Below are positions 53,198 to 63,788 of a DNA stretch of 64,000 nt, piece by piece. Position 1 is the stretch's first letter; each line of letters starts with the position of its first letter. A program made the position numbers and the translations under genes. Location of the stretch: positions 32,001 to 96,000 of the IMG/VR virus record IMGVR_UViG_3300022843_000001. One strand, given 5' to 3'. The notes beneath the pieces are model-generated. The model saw only the letters and a program-made list of their open reading frames with translations. It was not told the DNA's origin and did no database searches. The DNA is from a virus.

Positions 53198-54586
53198 CTA
53201 CATCTTAAAGTTTGTAAATTCAGGTTTGTCTCTATTACCAAAACTATTTATGGGTGCGTCAGTTGTCCCTGGACTAGTTTCTATCAGACTTTGAGCACCT
53301 TCTTCAACATCATACAACTTCATTTTAGGTCTGTCAACACCTATAACAAATCGTTTATAAGTACTCAAATCTGCATAACGATTCTTAAGTTGTTTAACCA
53401 TAATCTGATTAAGTTTTTCTAGTTCGTCATTAGTTATTAGTGCGAACATAAAATCAGCCGTGGCGGGTAAACCCCATGATTCACTTGTGTTTGTAAGATC
53501 AACATCTGAATTGTTAGCGCCATCACGATTTGACTGTGTTGCCGTAACGACAGGTAGATTATTTTCCACCGCAAGTCCTCGCAATTCTTCAGCAATAGAT
53601 TTTACCAAGGTATAGCTATTAATACTTCCGCCAATTCCTTTCATTCTTGAGGATGAACATATGTTTAGATAATCAATAAAGATAATCGTCGGCACGAAGT
53701 TCTTCTTCAACTTAAGTTCATCCAACAATGCTCGGAAATGGCCGGCGTGTGCTGCCCCTGTTGGATATTCCTTGATGATTAACTTACCATTAGTTTTTGC
53801 CTGTATTTTGTCAACCTTCGACATATACATATCTGAACTTAGATTAGTAATTTGATCTAGTGGCACATTAAAAAGATTTGCGTCTATACGCTCCGCAATT
53901 CTTTCTTCTGCCATTTCCATAGTAATATATAGTACATTTTTCTGTTGAGCAAGAGATGCCGCGGCCATGTGACACATAAACAAACTCTTACCAACACCTG
54001 TGCTTGCAAGTATTACATTCAGAGTTTTGTTTGGAAGACCTCCTTTAGTAATTCTGTTGAAGTAATCTAGATCAAAAGGAGTTCGAACCTCTTTTTGGTG
54101 ATAAAAATCATAGCGATCTGAAGCATTTTCGAAATAGTCATGACCTACACTGGCATCAAATGTAACCGCAAGTGCTCGTTGTAACAAGTCAGGTAATGAG
54201 TTTTTGCTAAGATTGTCATGAGTGCCATCAATGATAGTAATTGATTCCATGATTGCAAGATAAATAGCTCGATCTTGGCACCACTTTTCTGTATTTTCAT
54301 ATAACCACTCAGGGTTAACATCTTCAACCTTGTCCAACTCATTCAACACAATAAGTGCATCTGAATATTGGTGTTCAGTTATATCACTATTCTGTAATTC
54401 AATAGATATCGCTTCAATATTTGGCAGATTATTATATTTACTAACAAAGGAAACTATTGTTTCGAACACCGACCGATGGATTCCTTCAAAGTAATCTTTT
54501 TTAAGAAAAGGTATTACTTTTCGAGTAAACGAGTCATTTGCTAATAGATTTCGCAAAATAGTAGTTTGTATAGACGCTGTACCCAT
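53198..54586 (-). CDS. gp41: Replicative DNA helicase
   Basis: ILASTGVGKSLFMCH, EMAEERIAERID, IFIDYLNI, ATQ.NR, SES.GLP.TAD, QLKNRY. Confidence 0.95.
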   Translation of the reverse strand: MGTASIQTTILRNLLANDSFTRKVIPFLKKDYFEGIHRSVFETIVSFVSKYNNLPNIEAISIELQNSDITEHQYSDALIVLNELDKVEDVNPEWLYENTEKWCQDRAIYLAIMESITIIDGTHDNLSKNSLPDLLQRALAVTFDASVGHDYFENASDRYDFYHQKEVRTPFDLDYFNRITKGGLPNKTLNVILASTGVGKSLFMCHMAAASLAQQKNVLYITMEMAEERIAERIDANLFNVPLDQITNLSSDMYMSKVDKIQAKTNGKLIIKEYPTGAAHAGHFRALLDELKLKKNFVPTIIFIDYLNICSSSRMKGIGGSINSYTLVKSIAEELRGLAVENNLPVVTATQSNRDGANNSDVDLTNTSESWGLPATADFMFALITNDELEKLNQIMVKQLKNRYADLSTYKRFVIGVDRPKMKLYDVEEGAQSLIETSPGTTDAPINSFGNRDKPEFTNFKM

Positions 54587-54912
54587 TATTCAGAAGGCTC
54601 GTCTTTGGTTTTCTCGGCTGGCATTTCACCTATCTTTGCTTCTAATGAATCTGTTATAACATGAGTCAACAAATCGCCGATGTAATTCTGAAAATAAGAA
54701 TCATGTTCTAATGAGGGGTCACCTTCGATCAACTTCCAGTCAAAAGAAACTTTAAGTCCCTCAACATCATTCGAATCTTCTTCATGAACCTGAACTTGGC
54801 CAAACTGAAATTTTGTATCTGTCCACTGGCCGGTAGTCAAATGAATTGTATAATGGTCGTCTTCAGGTCTTTCGACAAATTTGAAATCGTCGTTTGATAT
54901 AATATGAGGCAT
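54586..54912 (-). CDS. Conserved protein between uvsX and gp41 (gp40 position)
   Basis: Synteny; F..YIGDLL motif. Confidence 0.55.
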   Translation of the reverse strand: MPHIISNDDFKFVERPEDDHYTIHLTTGQWTDTKFQFGQVQVHEEDSNDVEGLKVSFDWKLIEGDPSLEHDSYFQNYIGDLLTHVITDSLEAKIGEMPAEKTKDEPSE

Positions 54913-54980
54913 ATAGTTTCCATAATTAAGTTTATAATACATTGTATCATAAAAGGGGTTGTTTGTCAACCCCCATCAGA

Positions 54981-56030
54981 TTATTCTTCCATTTCAGCAA
55001 TGAACTCGTCGGACCACACCGCAGCTGCGCCGATGGTATATTGTCCTTCCACAAATTTCTGAAACTTCACGTCTTCGAGAATAGGGTTCCAGAATTCAGA
55101 ATTCATGATTTCTTTCAGACGTTTGTTGCCACCAATTTCACCTGTCTCCTGATTTACAGGAGCATACCAACCATTCTTAGGTTTGACAACATGACCAGAT
55201 TCCATAGCGACTTCAAGTAAACCACTGTACTTTTCGATGCCACCTTCCCAAGAGACACTAACAGGTATTTTAGACTTCTCTTTAACGAATCGAGATTTTT
55301 CCACATTAATCACAAAATCATAACCAGTAACTTCTGTTCCAGTTTTTGTTTGACGACGGCCGATAATCCAAATGGTGTTCGCACTATAATAGATACCCGT
55401 ACCACCAGATACAATCGCTCTACTAAACATTTCCATAGATTGGTAGGTATGATTAATCGCTAGCATAGGAATGGCTTTCATAGCAAGATAAGGTGTACAC
55501 ATTCGAAATAAACCTTTTAATGCTTTTGCTCGAGTCATATCAGCAACCGACTTTTCGTTAATCGCATCATCCACTTCTTTCTTGCTAGCAAGGTTGCCGA
55601 TAGAGTCAATTACTATAATAACTTTATCCTGTACTTCGATTTCTTCGAGTTGACTAACGATATCAAACTTTAGTTCTTCTACGTTGGTGATCGGTGTATG
55701 TAATACCCTACTAGTATCAATTCCGAAAGTTTCAAAATATGCCTGAGGCGAGCCAAATTCACTATCATAAAATAGTATAACTGCATCGGCATGCTTTTTT
55801 AAATACGCGGCCGCCATTAGCAATGCGAAAGATGTTTTGAAGTGCTTCGAAGGTCCGGCCAACACCGTAAGTCCAGCGGTAAGACCGCCTTCTAATTTTC
55901 CTGATAATGCCACATTGATCATCGGCACATCAGTCTTTATTGTCTCGATGTTGCTAAACAACTTTGACTCAGAAAGAACCGCGGCCTGTTTCACCTTGGA
56001 GTTCTTCTTTAATTTATCCATCACGCTCAT
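54981..56030 (-). CDS. uvsX: RecA-like recombinase
   Basis: AGPSKHFKT, FYDSEFG, DS.GNLAS.KE, ADM.RAK, SGG.G..YSA. Confidence 0.95.
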   Translation of the reverse strand: MSVMDKLKKNSKVKQAAVLSESKLFSNIETIKTDVPMINVALSGKLEGGLTAGLTVLAGPSKHFKTSFALLMAAAYLKKHADAVILFYDSEFGSPQAYFETFGIDTSRVLHTPITNVEELKFDIVSQLEEIEVQDKVIIVIDSIGNLASKKEVDDAINEKSVADMTRAKALKGLFRMCTPYLAMKAIPMLAINHTYQSMEMFSRAIVSGGTGIYYSANTIWIIGRRQTKTGTEVTGYDFVINVEKSRFVKEKSKIPVSVSWEGGIEKYSGLLEVAMESGHVVKPKNGWYAPVNQETGEIGGNKRLKEIMNSEFWNPILEDVKFQKFVEGQYTIGAAAVWSDEFIAEMEE

Positions 56031-56096
56031 ATATTTTTACCTGTAAATTGTTTGTTAAATGATATTATAACACAAACTGACAGGGTTGTCAACCTA

Positions 56097-57572
56097 TTAA
56101 TATCCATTAATTTCTTTATAAAGCGCAAAAGACATACTACCCATAGCGATGTTGTGTTTAGCCGAGATCATTACAAGATTCGAAAATTCTGTCTTTCCAC
56201 CCCTAGAGTGAGCAACAAGGTGACCGCCGTGAGCATCTTCCATTTTTAATGGTTTTCCATCTACTGCACATTTATAACCTTGTTCCGCCAGTTTGGATTC
56301 TCGCATTGTCTTCGAAAAGAATCGTCTTGTGTCTTTGATTGTAATCAATTGGGTAAAATCAAGATATTGTGTAAACCAACCCAAACATGTTTTCATTCTT
56401 TCGGCATCATCATATTCACCCAATGTATCTTTGAACTGAAGACCTATTGTCTTGTTTTGATTGTAAGGAGATACCTGATTCTCAGGCTCTTCCATATCAG
56501 CAACAGGTTTGAAGAATTTTTCATCCATTACTTTTTTCAATGCATCAAAATACGCCGCATCATCGATTATTTTGAATGAGCCGAACTCCTTTTCCATGTA
56601 CATCCAAACCCTCTTAAACAACTCAAATTCTCTTTTACCAAGACCGCTATTCAATTTCATCTTTTTGACTTCAGCCATTCTTTTGACATGATCCAAGGTC
56701 TTATGTACCTTTTTCTTTAAATTATCAACCTTTTTAAAGTCCAAATCTTCATCAGAATACATCTCTAAAAGTTGTTTCTCAGCGGCTAAACCAATACCTC
56801 CTTTATCATCACTGTGATATCTATAGTATATTCTAGCAACAATTTCATCTATTTTGAGTCGGCTTGGGTCGAATGTCAACCAAGCCAGATTCTTAACACT
56901 ATAATCGAAAAGTGGGTGACACGTTGAGTTAATGCCCGCAACCAATCGCGCAGTTTCTCTAACCGCGTTGGCGATTGCAATGTCTCCATAAGAGTTAAGA
57001 GTTTCTTGTCTGTTAACTGGAGTCGTCTTATTCAATGTTCTGAATATATCACCAATTTCACTTGGGGTTAAGTTAACATATACGGCAAAAAGCAAAGGAT
57101 ACTTCAAGAAATCATCTCTTTCTTCGTCTGAATAATCCACCCAAAGTTTTCCATCAACATGAAACTGGTTATTCACAAAAGCATAAATATATCTTTTTCT
57201 GTTGCCGCCATCAATACTTGCGAATGTGTAAGAATCAGCCGGAACTAGACCAGTACCCTTCTGAGAGATTCTCTTTCCATCGAACTGATAAGGTTTAAGC
57301 GCGGATTTTTTTGGAATTTTGTGAATAGTGATCTGACCGATATCATAACCTTTCATCATCGTAGAGATAATACCTTGCGCCTTCGAAGGTGTTTTTTCGG
57401 TACCTTCCAATTTCGGAGCAACGTCTAAACGCTGACCAACAGGTTGAGTATCGATAATGTTATACAGTAATAAGTATTCTTTAACCGTGATGGTTTCACG
57501 AAAGAACTTAAGTCCTCTTTTTACATAAGGTTTGTTTTTACCCATTCCTAATAATTTATTCACATCAGACAT
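56097..57572 (-). CDS. DUF262 (ParB/Srx-like) + HNH protein, GmrSD-like nuclease
   Basis: IDGGNRKR, IF..LN, C-terminal C..DG...H.VAHSRGG.T...NL...H.N. Confidence 0.7.
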   Translation of the reverse strand: MSDVNKLLGMGKNKPYVKRGLKFFRETITVKEYLLLYNIIDTQPVGQRLDVAPKLEGTEKTPSKAQGIISTMMKGYDIGQITIHKIPKKSALKPYQFDGKRISQKGTGLVPADSYTFASIDGGNRKRYIYAFVNNQFHVDGKLWVDYSDEERDDFLKYPLLFAVYVNLTPSEIGDIFRTLNKTTPVNRQETLNSYGDIAIANAVRETARLVAGINSTCHPLFDYSVKNLAWLTFDPSRLKIDEIVARIYYRYHSDDKGGIGLAAEKQLLEMYSDEDLDFKKVDNLKKKVHKTLDHVKRMAEVKKMKLNSGLGKREFELFKRVWMYMEKEFGSFKIIDDAAYFDALKKVMDEKFFKPVADMEEPENQVSPYNQNKTIGLQFKDTLGEYDDAERMKTCLGWFTQYLDFTQLITIKDTRRFFSKTMRESKLAEQGYKCAVDGKPLKMEDAHGGHLVAHSRGGKTEFSNLVMISAKHNIAMGSMSFALYKEINGY

Positions 57573-57680
57573 AATATAGACTCTTCAATTAATTTATACA
57601 TGTATTATACCATAGGTGTGGTATAATGTCAACAACTGATTTCAGTTTTCTTATAACTTGTGGTTGTATCGATATAACTA
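57573..57680 (-). repeat. Early promoter cassette copy driving DUF262-HNH gene
   Basis: -35 57627-57632, -10 57604-57609, full leader, near-palindrome 57663-57678. Confidence 0.85.
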
Positions 57681-58619
57681 ATAGTTATTACGGTAAATGT
57701 ATTCTATTGCTCTTTCTGCTTCCAATTCAAAAGGTCTTTGGCCGTACCAGTTTCCAGTCTCTAGATCGATTTGACGGCATAATTGTGCAATTTCATGTGA
57801 TGTTATAGGGTACTCCATTCGTACAGCATTCGCGGCTATCTGAACCATTAAGGAATACATTTTGTGATACCAGCCAGTCCCTGATATTTCCTTGTATTGA
57901 TCAATCATGTACTTCTTGACGAACTTGCAGTCATGAAAAGACGTCCAAGACACTTTAGTTTGTTCCTGATTGTCCTTTCGTTGTTGTATAATCATTTCCT
58001 GCATAGCAGCAGGTAAGCGCTCGAAGAAGTTGCCACCGACTTTTCGTTCTGTAGGCGGCATAGGGTGTTTCTTTATAAGTTCGTCAACATCGAGTACAGC
58101 GCCAGTGTTTGTAAAGATAAAATTATTAGCACCATCATAACACGCAGGAATATAGTACATACGACTAAAATCTTTAACTTGTTGATCTCCCATTGAACCG
58201 AAAGTGGTGTTGAGAGCATACCAAAAGTCTCTAATGTTTTCCGTCTTGATGATATTTTTAACAGGAAACACCAACCTGAATTTAGGTTTGTCTTTAGTAC
58301 TTGAAGCTGTGCTATAACAAATATAGTAATAAGCACCAAATCTATTATGAAGTTCATCTTTTAAGTCTCCTTTACATTCATGATCATCTATGTCGAGCGC
58401 GGCCCATGCGCCCCATCCGGTAACATTTTTGTTCGCTCTTGTTGTTCCTTCAATATAAGTAGCAGGAGATATCAAACAAGCATTTTTCTTTCCAGCACAC
58501 GGTACCTTACTTAAACCATACAACAGCGACTCAAATTCAGCAAAGGTTTTAAACTCTGCCAATTTGTGAGTCTTGTTGTCATATAAATCATTAAATATGG
58601 TGAATGCAGTATCAGACAT
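57678..58619 (-). CDS. Primase-polymerase (AEP/VirE-N)-like protein
   Basis: ALDIDD, Y.T.S.....PKFRLVFP, D...D.SR.YY.P. Confidence 0.55.
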   Translation of the reverse strand: MSDTAFTIFNDLYDNKTHKLAEFKTFAEFESLLYGLSKVPCAGKKNACLISPATYIEGTTRANKNVTGWGAWAALDIDDHECKGDLKDELHNRFGAYYYICYSTASSTKDKPKFRLVFPVKNIIKTENIRDFWYALNTTFGSMGDQQVKDFSRMYYIPACYDGANNFIFTNTGAVLDVDELIKKHPMPPTERKVGGNFFERLPAAMQEMIIQQRKDNQEQTKVSWTSFHDCKFVKKYMIDQYKEISGTGWYHKMYSLMVQIAANAVRMEYPITSHEIAQLCRQIDLETGNWYGQRPFELEAERAIEYIYRNNY

Positions 58620-59568
58620 ATAGCTTGAAATATTCTATAGTTTTCTCAAGGCCCTGATGTAAACTTACTTTTGGTTCCCAATCTAATTCTTTCTTAGCTT
58701 TAGTTATATCTGGGCAGCGTTGCTTAGGATCATCGAGAGGAAGGGGTTTATTTACGATTTTAGATTTAGTGTCAGTCATCGCAATTACCACCTCGGCCAG
58801 TTCACGTATTGTAAATTCTACAGGATTGCCAAGATTAAAACAAGGGTTGTTTAAATTTACATTTGTATTCATTAAACTAACAAGACCGTCAACCAAATCA
58901 TCAACATATTGGAATGATCTTGTTTGAGTACCATCTCCATATATTGTAATGTCTTCACCACGAAGTGCCTGCATTATAAAGTTTGACACCACTCGCCCAT
59001 CAAGTGGGTCCATTTGTGGCCCGTAGGTGTTGAATATTCTAGCAATCTTCACCTCAGTCCCGTATGATCTGTTATAATCCAAACATAAAGATTCTGCGGC
59101 ACGTTTACCTTCGTCATAACAACTACGAATACCATTTGGATTTACATTACCAAAATATGATTCTGGTTGCGGAGTGATGCTTGGGTCTCCATAAACTTCA
59201 CTGGTAGATGCCTGAATTATAGGACATTTATTTGACCGAGCTATTTCTAGGACATTTATCATGCCGTAGACATTCGTTTTCATTGTGTGTACAGGATCGT
59301 TTTGATATGCTGGAGGTGAAGCAGCACAGGCTAAGTTGAATATCATATCAACAGACATCATAGAATAAGGGTTTATAATATCGTGTTCAACCACAGTGAA
59401 GGGCATACCTTTCGCTGTATCCGAGTTTGGATTCAAATGCTTGATATTAACCATTCTGCCGGTTTGAAAATTGTCTAGACAAATGACCTCATGACCGGCG
59501 CCCAACAATCTTTTACAAAGATGGCCGCCTATAAATCCTGCGCCGCCTGTTACCAGTATTTTACTCAT
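58612..59568 (-). CDS. UDP-glucuronate decarboxylase (UDP-xylose synthase)
   Basis: [74 protein letters not shown]. Confidence 0.9.
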   Translation of the reverse strand: MSKILVTGGAGFIGGHLCKRLLGAGHEVICLDNFQTGRMVNIKHLNPNSDTAKGMPFTVVEHDIINPYSMMSVDMIFNLACAASPPAYQNDPVHTMKTNVYGMINVLEIARSNKCPIIQASTSEVYGDPSITPQPESYFGNVNPNGIRSCYDEGKRAAESLCLDYNRSYGTEVKIARIFNTYGPQMDPLDGRVVSNFIMQALRGEDITIYGDGTQTRSFQYVDDLVDGLVSLMNTNVNLNNPCFNLGNPVEFTIRELAEVVIAMTDTKSKIVNKPLPLDDPKQRCPDITKAKKELDWEPKVSLHQGLEKTIEYFKLYV

Positions 59569-59857
59569 CTTCTACATCCACGTAGCGTAGCAGAGTATCT
59601 TCAAATCGATCAAGTTGTGGAAACCAAATAGACTTAGTTTTATGTGTCATAGGTTGTTCCATTCTTTCTGCAAATAATTGATAGTCTTCTTCACATCTAA
59701 AACGTACCCTTACTATACGATGCACTCCGGCCTCGTCTCGTTTACCACTAGAATCATGAACATACTCAGGCATGCCATCCCAATCTAATGGCATGGATTC
59801 TTCTTCTTGTCCAGTATTGACAAATAAACTGTTTACTACAGGTCTTTTAACGGCCAT
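59561..59857 (-). CDS. Conserved partner of GREB1-like glycosyltransferases
   Basis: W.GMPE, V.F..EED...F, TKSIWFP. Confidence 0.55.
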   Translation of the reverse strand: MAVKRPVVNSLFVNTGQEEESMPLDWDGMPEYVHDSSGKRDEAGVHRIVRVRFRCEEDYQLFAERMEQPMTHKTKSIWFPQLDRFEDTLLRYVDVEDE

Positions 59858-59923
59858 GGCCTGATATTCCTCATTTAATTAGATTATAATCTATTATAAC
59901 ACAAAGAGATGGTGTTGTCAACC

Positions 59924-60775
59924 TTAATCAACCTTCGGTTCTTCTAGTCTGGTTAATTCCATTCCGTAGTTATCAACACCTTTTTTAATGTTAAGGCCTT
60001 CTTTCTTGATTAATCGGTTATTCTCGAAAGATCGATAGTCCACATGATGATGCCACCGGCCGTATTTTTCCACAATCTCTACAACATCTGGGTGTTGATC
60101 ATACAAAGACTTGGCAAACTTGAATCGATTGTCTTTGTCAGCGCCATAGACTTCATCGGTATTACCACCTTTCATGCTCAGAGTACCTGTTTTACCGCAA
60201 AGAAAAGCATTGAACAATATAGTACAATCCCCGTCTTTCAACACTCTAAGACTTAGATCAGTGTCCTCATTATATTTGCCGCGCCACCGGTGAACAGTAT
60301 CGTTGGCAATTAACAAACAACTGTAGACGCGAGTGTTTGCCAGATATGCTGGACGAGTAGTAGATCGCTTTGGTATAAAATAGAAATATTGCATTCCCGC
60401 AATCTTGACATTTTCATATCGATCTGTAAAATCCTCTGCGGCACGAAAAGTTGTGCCAGAAGTTACACGGACTCGTTTGTTCTTGTTGAATCGATAAAAA
60501 CATTTAATGTTGTCGTCAAGAATCCAGTGGCGTTCATGGCCTTCAGATATACTGTGATCCCAAACCCAATTTCTAGCAGGTATACTTCCTTGCCCTAGAT
60601 TGCTGAACGGCAACACCAATATTTTAGCAGGGTCAATAACCGCAGCATATTCATCATACTCCTGAGGCTCGATTACAATCCTGTAGGGAACCTTCATCAG
60701 TTCCAAAGCATCTGAAGTCTGGCGAGATTCCCACCGACCCTTCGATATAATATAGACAGGATATTTCGGGTTCAT
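59924..60775 (-). CDS. GT-A fold glycosyltransferase (GREB1/TET-associated-like)
   Basis: YP.YI.SKGR, EPQE...Y, G..PARN..W, W.LDDNI, YSCLL, RG.YNED.D, GGN. Confidence 0.75.
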   Translation of the reverse strand: MNPKYPVYIISKGRWESRQTSDALELMKVPYRIVIEPQEYDEYAAVIDPAKILVLPFSNLGQGSIPARNWVWDHSISEGHERHWILDDNIKCFYRFNKNKRVRVTSGTTFRAAEDFTDRYENVKIAGMQYFYFIPKRSTTRPAYLANTRVYSCLLIANDTVHRWRGKYNEDTDLSLRVLKDGDCTILFNAFLCGKTGTLSMKGGNTDEVYGADKDNRFKFAKSLYDQHPDVVEIVEKYGRWHHHVDYRSFENNRLIKKEGLNIKKGVDNYGMELTRLEEPKVD

Positions 60776-61164
60776 TTATAATCGCCCAATAAAGGTAACA
60801 GATTTGGTTCAGAATAATCCTCTCCTTTCAAAATCTTACCATCACTTCGATATATAGGATTGCCGAATTGATCCAATTTTGACATATTAGAACGTTGAAC
60901 TTCATTAAAGGTTAAGTCTAGAGGTATACCGTAGGTATGGCCTGCACCGTATGTCACATACAGAATATCAGTTAAGGCATCCGCTATCTCAACCATATCG
61001 TCATCGAGCACCGCCGCCTCTAATTCTAAGAGTTCTTCCCGTATCAATTCGATGCGAAGCAAGGCCTCGGCTTTAGTTGGAAAAGCCGGAAATGTTCGTA
61101 CAGGTTGCCCAAAGGTTTCCATGAAACGCCCTACTTTTGCAAAGTTACTTTCAGAATTACTCAT
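60772..61164 (-). CDS. MazG-like / all-alpha dNTP pyrophosphohydrolase
   Basis: LI.EEL.EL..A, E.ADAL.DILYV.YG, V..SNMSK. Confidence 0.85.
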   Translation of the reverse strand: MSNSESNFAKVGRFMETFGQPVRTFPAFPTKAEALLRIELIREELLELEAAVLDDDMVEIADALTDILYVTYGAGHTYGIPLDLTFNEVQRSNMSKLDQFGNPIYRSDGKILKGEDYSEPNLLPLLGDYK

Positions 61165-61226
61165 AATTATCTTTTCCTGTTTATACATGTATTATACACT
61201 AATTATTAGTGTTTGTCAACAACTAT

Positions 61227-63728
61227 TTACATAAAGTCAAGAAGACTCGTGGTTGGTTCGATTTCCCAACCTATGGCTGTCAATATAGGCAATATGGCGT
61301 TTGTAAATGATTTTTCAAACTGCGTATTATAATCTATGTGTCTATTCAACTGAAGTTCTGGTGGCAAATAATCAGGATATGATATCACATTTTCTCTGAT
61401 AGGATTAGGCACCTTTAGATAACAGAACTTTATCTTTTCACCATTCTTGGCCAGATCGTATTCTTTTAATCCGCGGTCATTAATATGGTGATTATAAAGC
61501 AAAGCACCTCTGACATGGATAGGAGTTCTTTTTCCGTATATCGTAAGATTGTTCTGAAACTTGCCGATATCACTTAATCCACGAGGAAAAGAAATGTCTT
61601 CAATAGGCAGGGTGAAGAATTTCGTCTTGAACTCCGCAATTGATTTTTGTGTTTTTTCTTCTGATCCAGATATAATGACCTTGAACATAGATTTTAGCGC
61701 TTCACGACAAACCGCAGGAGTGCTTGATTTAATTGCCTCGATACCCATAATTTTCATCTTAGGTTCTGCATATTGAACACCTTCGCTGTTGTGTACATTC
61801 AGTATATAGCGTTTCTTCGCAGTCCATATACCAATATCGGCAATAACTTCTCTTTCCATAACCATACGATTTTCATAAGCATCAGCATTGGTTGCCATTC
61901 TAGCATATGATTGTGCTATCATAGGTTCAAATTGATCTTTGCACATTTTATCAATCAACTCAACAGTCTTTGCTTTATCTTCACCTAAACCAAGTTTCTT
62001 AACTAAAGGCCCGAAGTTTAAATAATTAGAATCTGTATCAGCGGCCACAACATAGTCAACATCAACAGAATCTACAATCCGATTCATAAACTTATTGAAT
62101 GCTTTATCGGCCCAACGAACTGCAAGTTGACCAGACAAAGTAATTGCTTCTGCTATACGAACATCGTAATGTCTGAAATGTCGATTACCCATAGCACCAT
62201 ACAAACTGTTCATAAGTATCTTGATTGACATTTGCTGATTGTCTAAAATAGAGATAGCTTTTTCTAATCTAAACACTTCCTGTTTATCCGCTTTATCTAC
62301 ATTCTGCAATAATTGCTGATTGGCCAACATCGCCTTCTTGATTTCTTTTCGCTGTGCATAATAATCTACGATGATCTCTGGGATTATACCTCTTGAATCC
62401 TTGGTAAAATGAGCACCGTTAACTGCCATAGAAGTGTTTGGGTGTACATTAATAGGTTGTTGTTCGTCCAAAAATAGATCAACATCACAACCTCTGGTCG
62501 TTGGGTCAAGAATAGTCTCGGGAGACATATTAAACTGTGTGATAATAAGAGGATAAAGTGAAGCCAAATCGAATGAAACAATCCAATTGTGAAGTCCAAC
62601 TTGCACAGGTTTGACATAACCACCAACAAAGGGAATCTTCGCTTTGCTTGTCTTGGGTTGCAGTACAATGTTTCTATCATGGAGCTTTCTGTATATAATA
62701 GCATCCCAAATTGCTGTTGTACCCATTGTGTCCTGATAATTCACACCGCCTCGATAGGCCATGGTCATTGCAAGCGAGATCAATCCTAATTTATCTTCAA
62801 TGCGGTTAACAAGTTCAACGTCTTTGATGTTGTAGTCAATAAACAACTGAAAGTTTTCCGTATAAAGACCATGCAAACCTTTGTATTCCTCATAAGAGAT
62901 CTTTCGTTCACCAAGAACAACCGACGCAATATGATCTAACTTATAAGATTCCTGAGCGCCAAGAGTATTCAATGTGAACTTTTTAAATAGCTCTAGATAA
63001 TCTAAGGATGCTACACCTGTAATCTCCCAAGTTTGTTGCTTCTTGCCAAATATATTTACATCTCTTGGAGATATAAGACCCCAAGGAGATAATTTCTTGG
63101 CAAATTCTTCACCAAGTACTCGCGTTATCCTGTTAACCAAATATGGTATATCATAAAACCGAGTGTTCCAACCAGTAATAACATCCGGTGTATTAATTGG
63201 AGACGACCAATGTGAAACGAATCTCATTAGCATATTTGCTTCGTCTGAGCATTGGTGATACTCTACGTCTTTACGTCTATTATCATATGCTTTCATGCCC
63301 CAGACATAATATCTATCTTTTTGCCATAATGCAATAGATATAATTCGATTCGCCGCTGTGTCTGGCGCTGACCACCCATCATCATATTCAGTTTCAATGT
63401 CGATATTAGCAACATTTATCTCGTCCCGATTGAATGATGTTTTGCCTGGGTATTGTTCCTGAATGTGTTGAACAATATAGTTTTGATTGCCGTATACTTC
63501 GAAGTTAGGGACGTCCTTGTATTGATCAACAAAATCCTTTGCTTCTCGCATGGAGTCGAATTTAATAGGGGAAACGTCGATCCCATGAAGTGATTTGTGA
63601 GAACCGTCACTGTCAGGGATATACAGTGTAGGTTTAAACTTTACTCGTTTCTGATCGCGGTGACCGTCTTTATAACCACGATAAAGCAGAGAATTGCCGT
63701 ATCTGGCTACGTTGGTGTAATATCTCAT
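61227..63728 (-). CDS. gp43: Family B DNA polymerase
   Basis: DIET, GWN...YD.PY, YKLD, YN..D, SFDLASLYP, K..MNS.YG, DTDS, KKRY, G.E..KSSTP. Confidence 0.97.
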   Translation of the reverse strand: MRYYTNVARYGNSLLYRGYKDGHRDQKRVKFKPTLYIPDSDGSHKSLHGIDVSPIKFDSMREAKDFVDQYKDVPNFEVYGNQNYIVQHIQEQYPGKTSFNRDEINVANIDIETEYDDGWSAPDTAANRIISIALWQKDRYYVWGMKAYDNRRKDVEYHQCSDEANMLMRFVSHWSSPINTPDVITGWNTRFYDIPYLVNRITRVLGEEFAKKLSPWGLISPRDVNIFGKKQQTWEITGVASLDYLELFKKFTLNTLGAQESYKLDHIASVVLGERKISYEEYKGLHGLYTENFQLFIDYNIKDVELVNRIEDKLGLISLAMTMAYRGGVNYQDTMGTTAIWDAIIYRKLHDRNIVLQPKTSKAKIPFVGGYVKPVQVGLHNWIVSFDLASLYPLIITQFNMSPETILDPTTRGCDVDLFLDEQQPINVHPNTSMAVNGAHFTKDSRGIIPEIIVDYYAQRKEIKKAMLANQQLLQNVDKADKQEVFRLEKAISILDNQQMSIKILMNSLYGAMGNRHFRHYDVRIAEAITLSGQLAVRWADKAFNKFMNRIVDSVDVDYVVAADTDSNYLNFGPLVKKLGLGEDKAKTVELIDKMCKDQFEPMIAQSYARMATNADAYENRMVMEREVIADIGIWTAKKRYILNVHNSEGVQYAEPKMKIMGIEAIKSSTPAVCREALKSMFKVIISGSEEKTQKSIAEFKTKFFTLPIEDISFPRGLSDIGKFQNNLTIYGKRTPIHVRGALLYNHHINDRGLKEYDLAKNGEKIKFCYLKVPNPIRENVISYPDYLPPELQLNRHIDYNTQFEKSFTNAILPILTAIGWEIEPTTSLLDFM

Positions 63729-63788
63729 ATGAATCCATAATTAAGTGGGTAAACCCATTATATCATAATAATGGGTACTTGTCAATGT

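Noticed and set aside
397-63610. Dozens of 60-185 aa plus-strand and alternate-frame ORFs in the ORF track
   Set aside because: They are antisense or frame shadows of clearly recognisable minus-strand genes, lacking RBS and motifs
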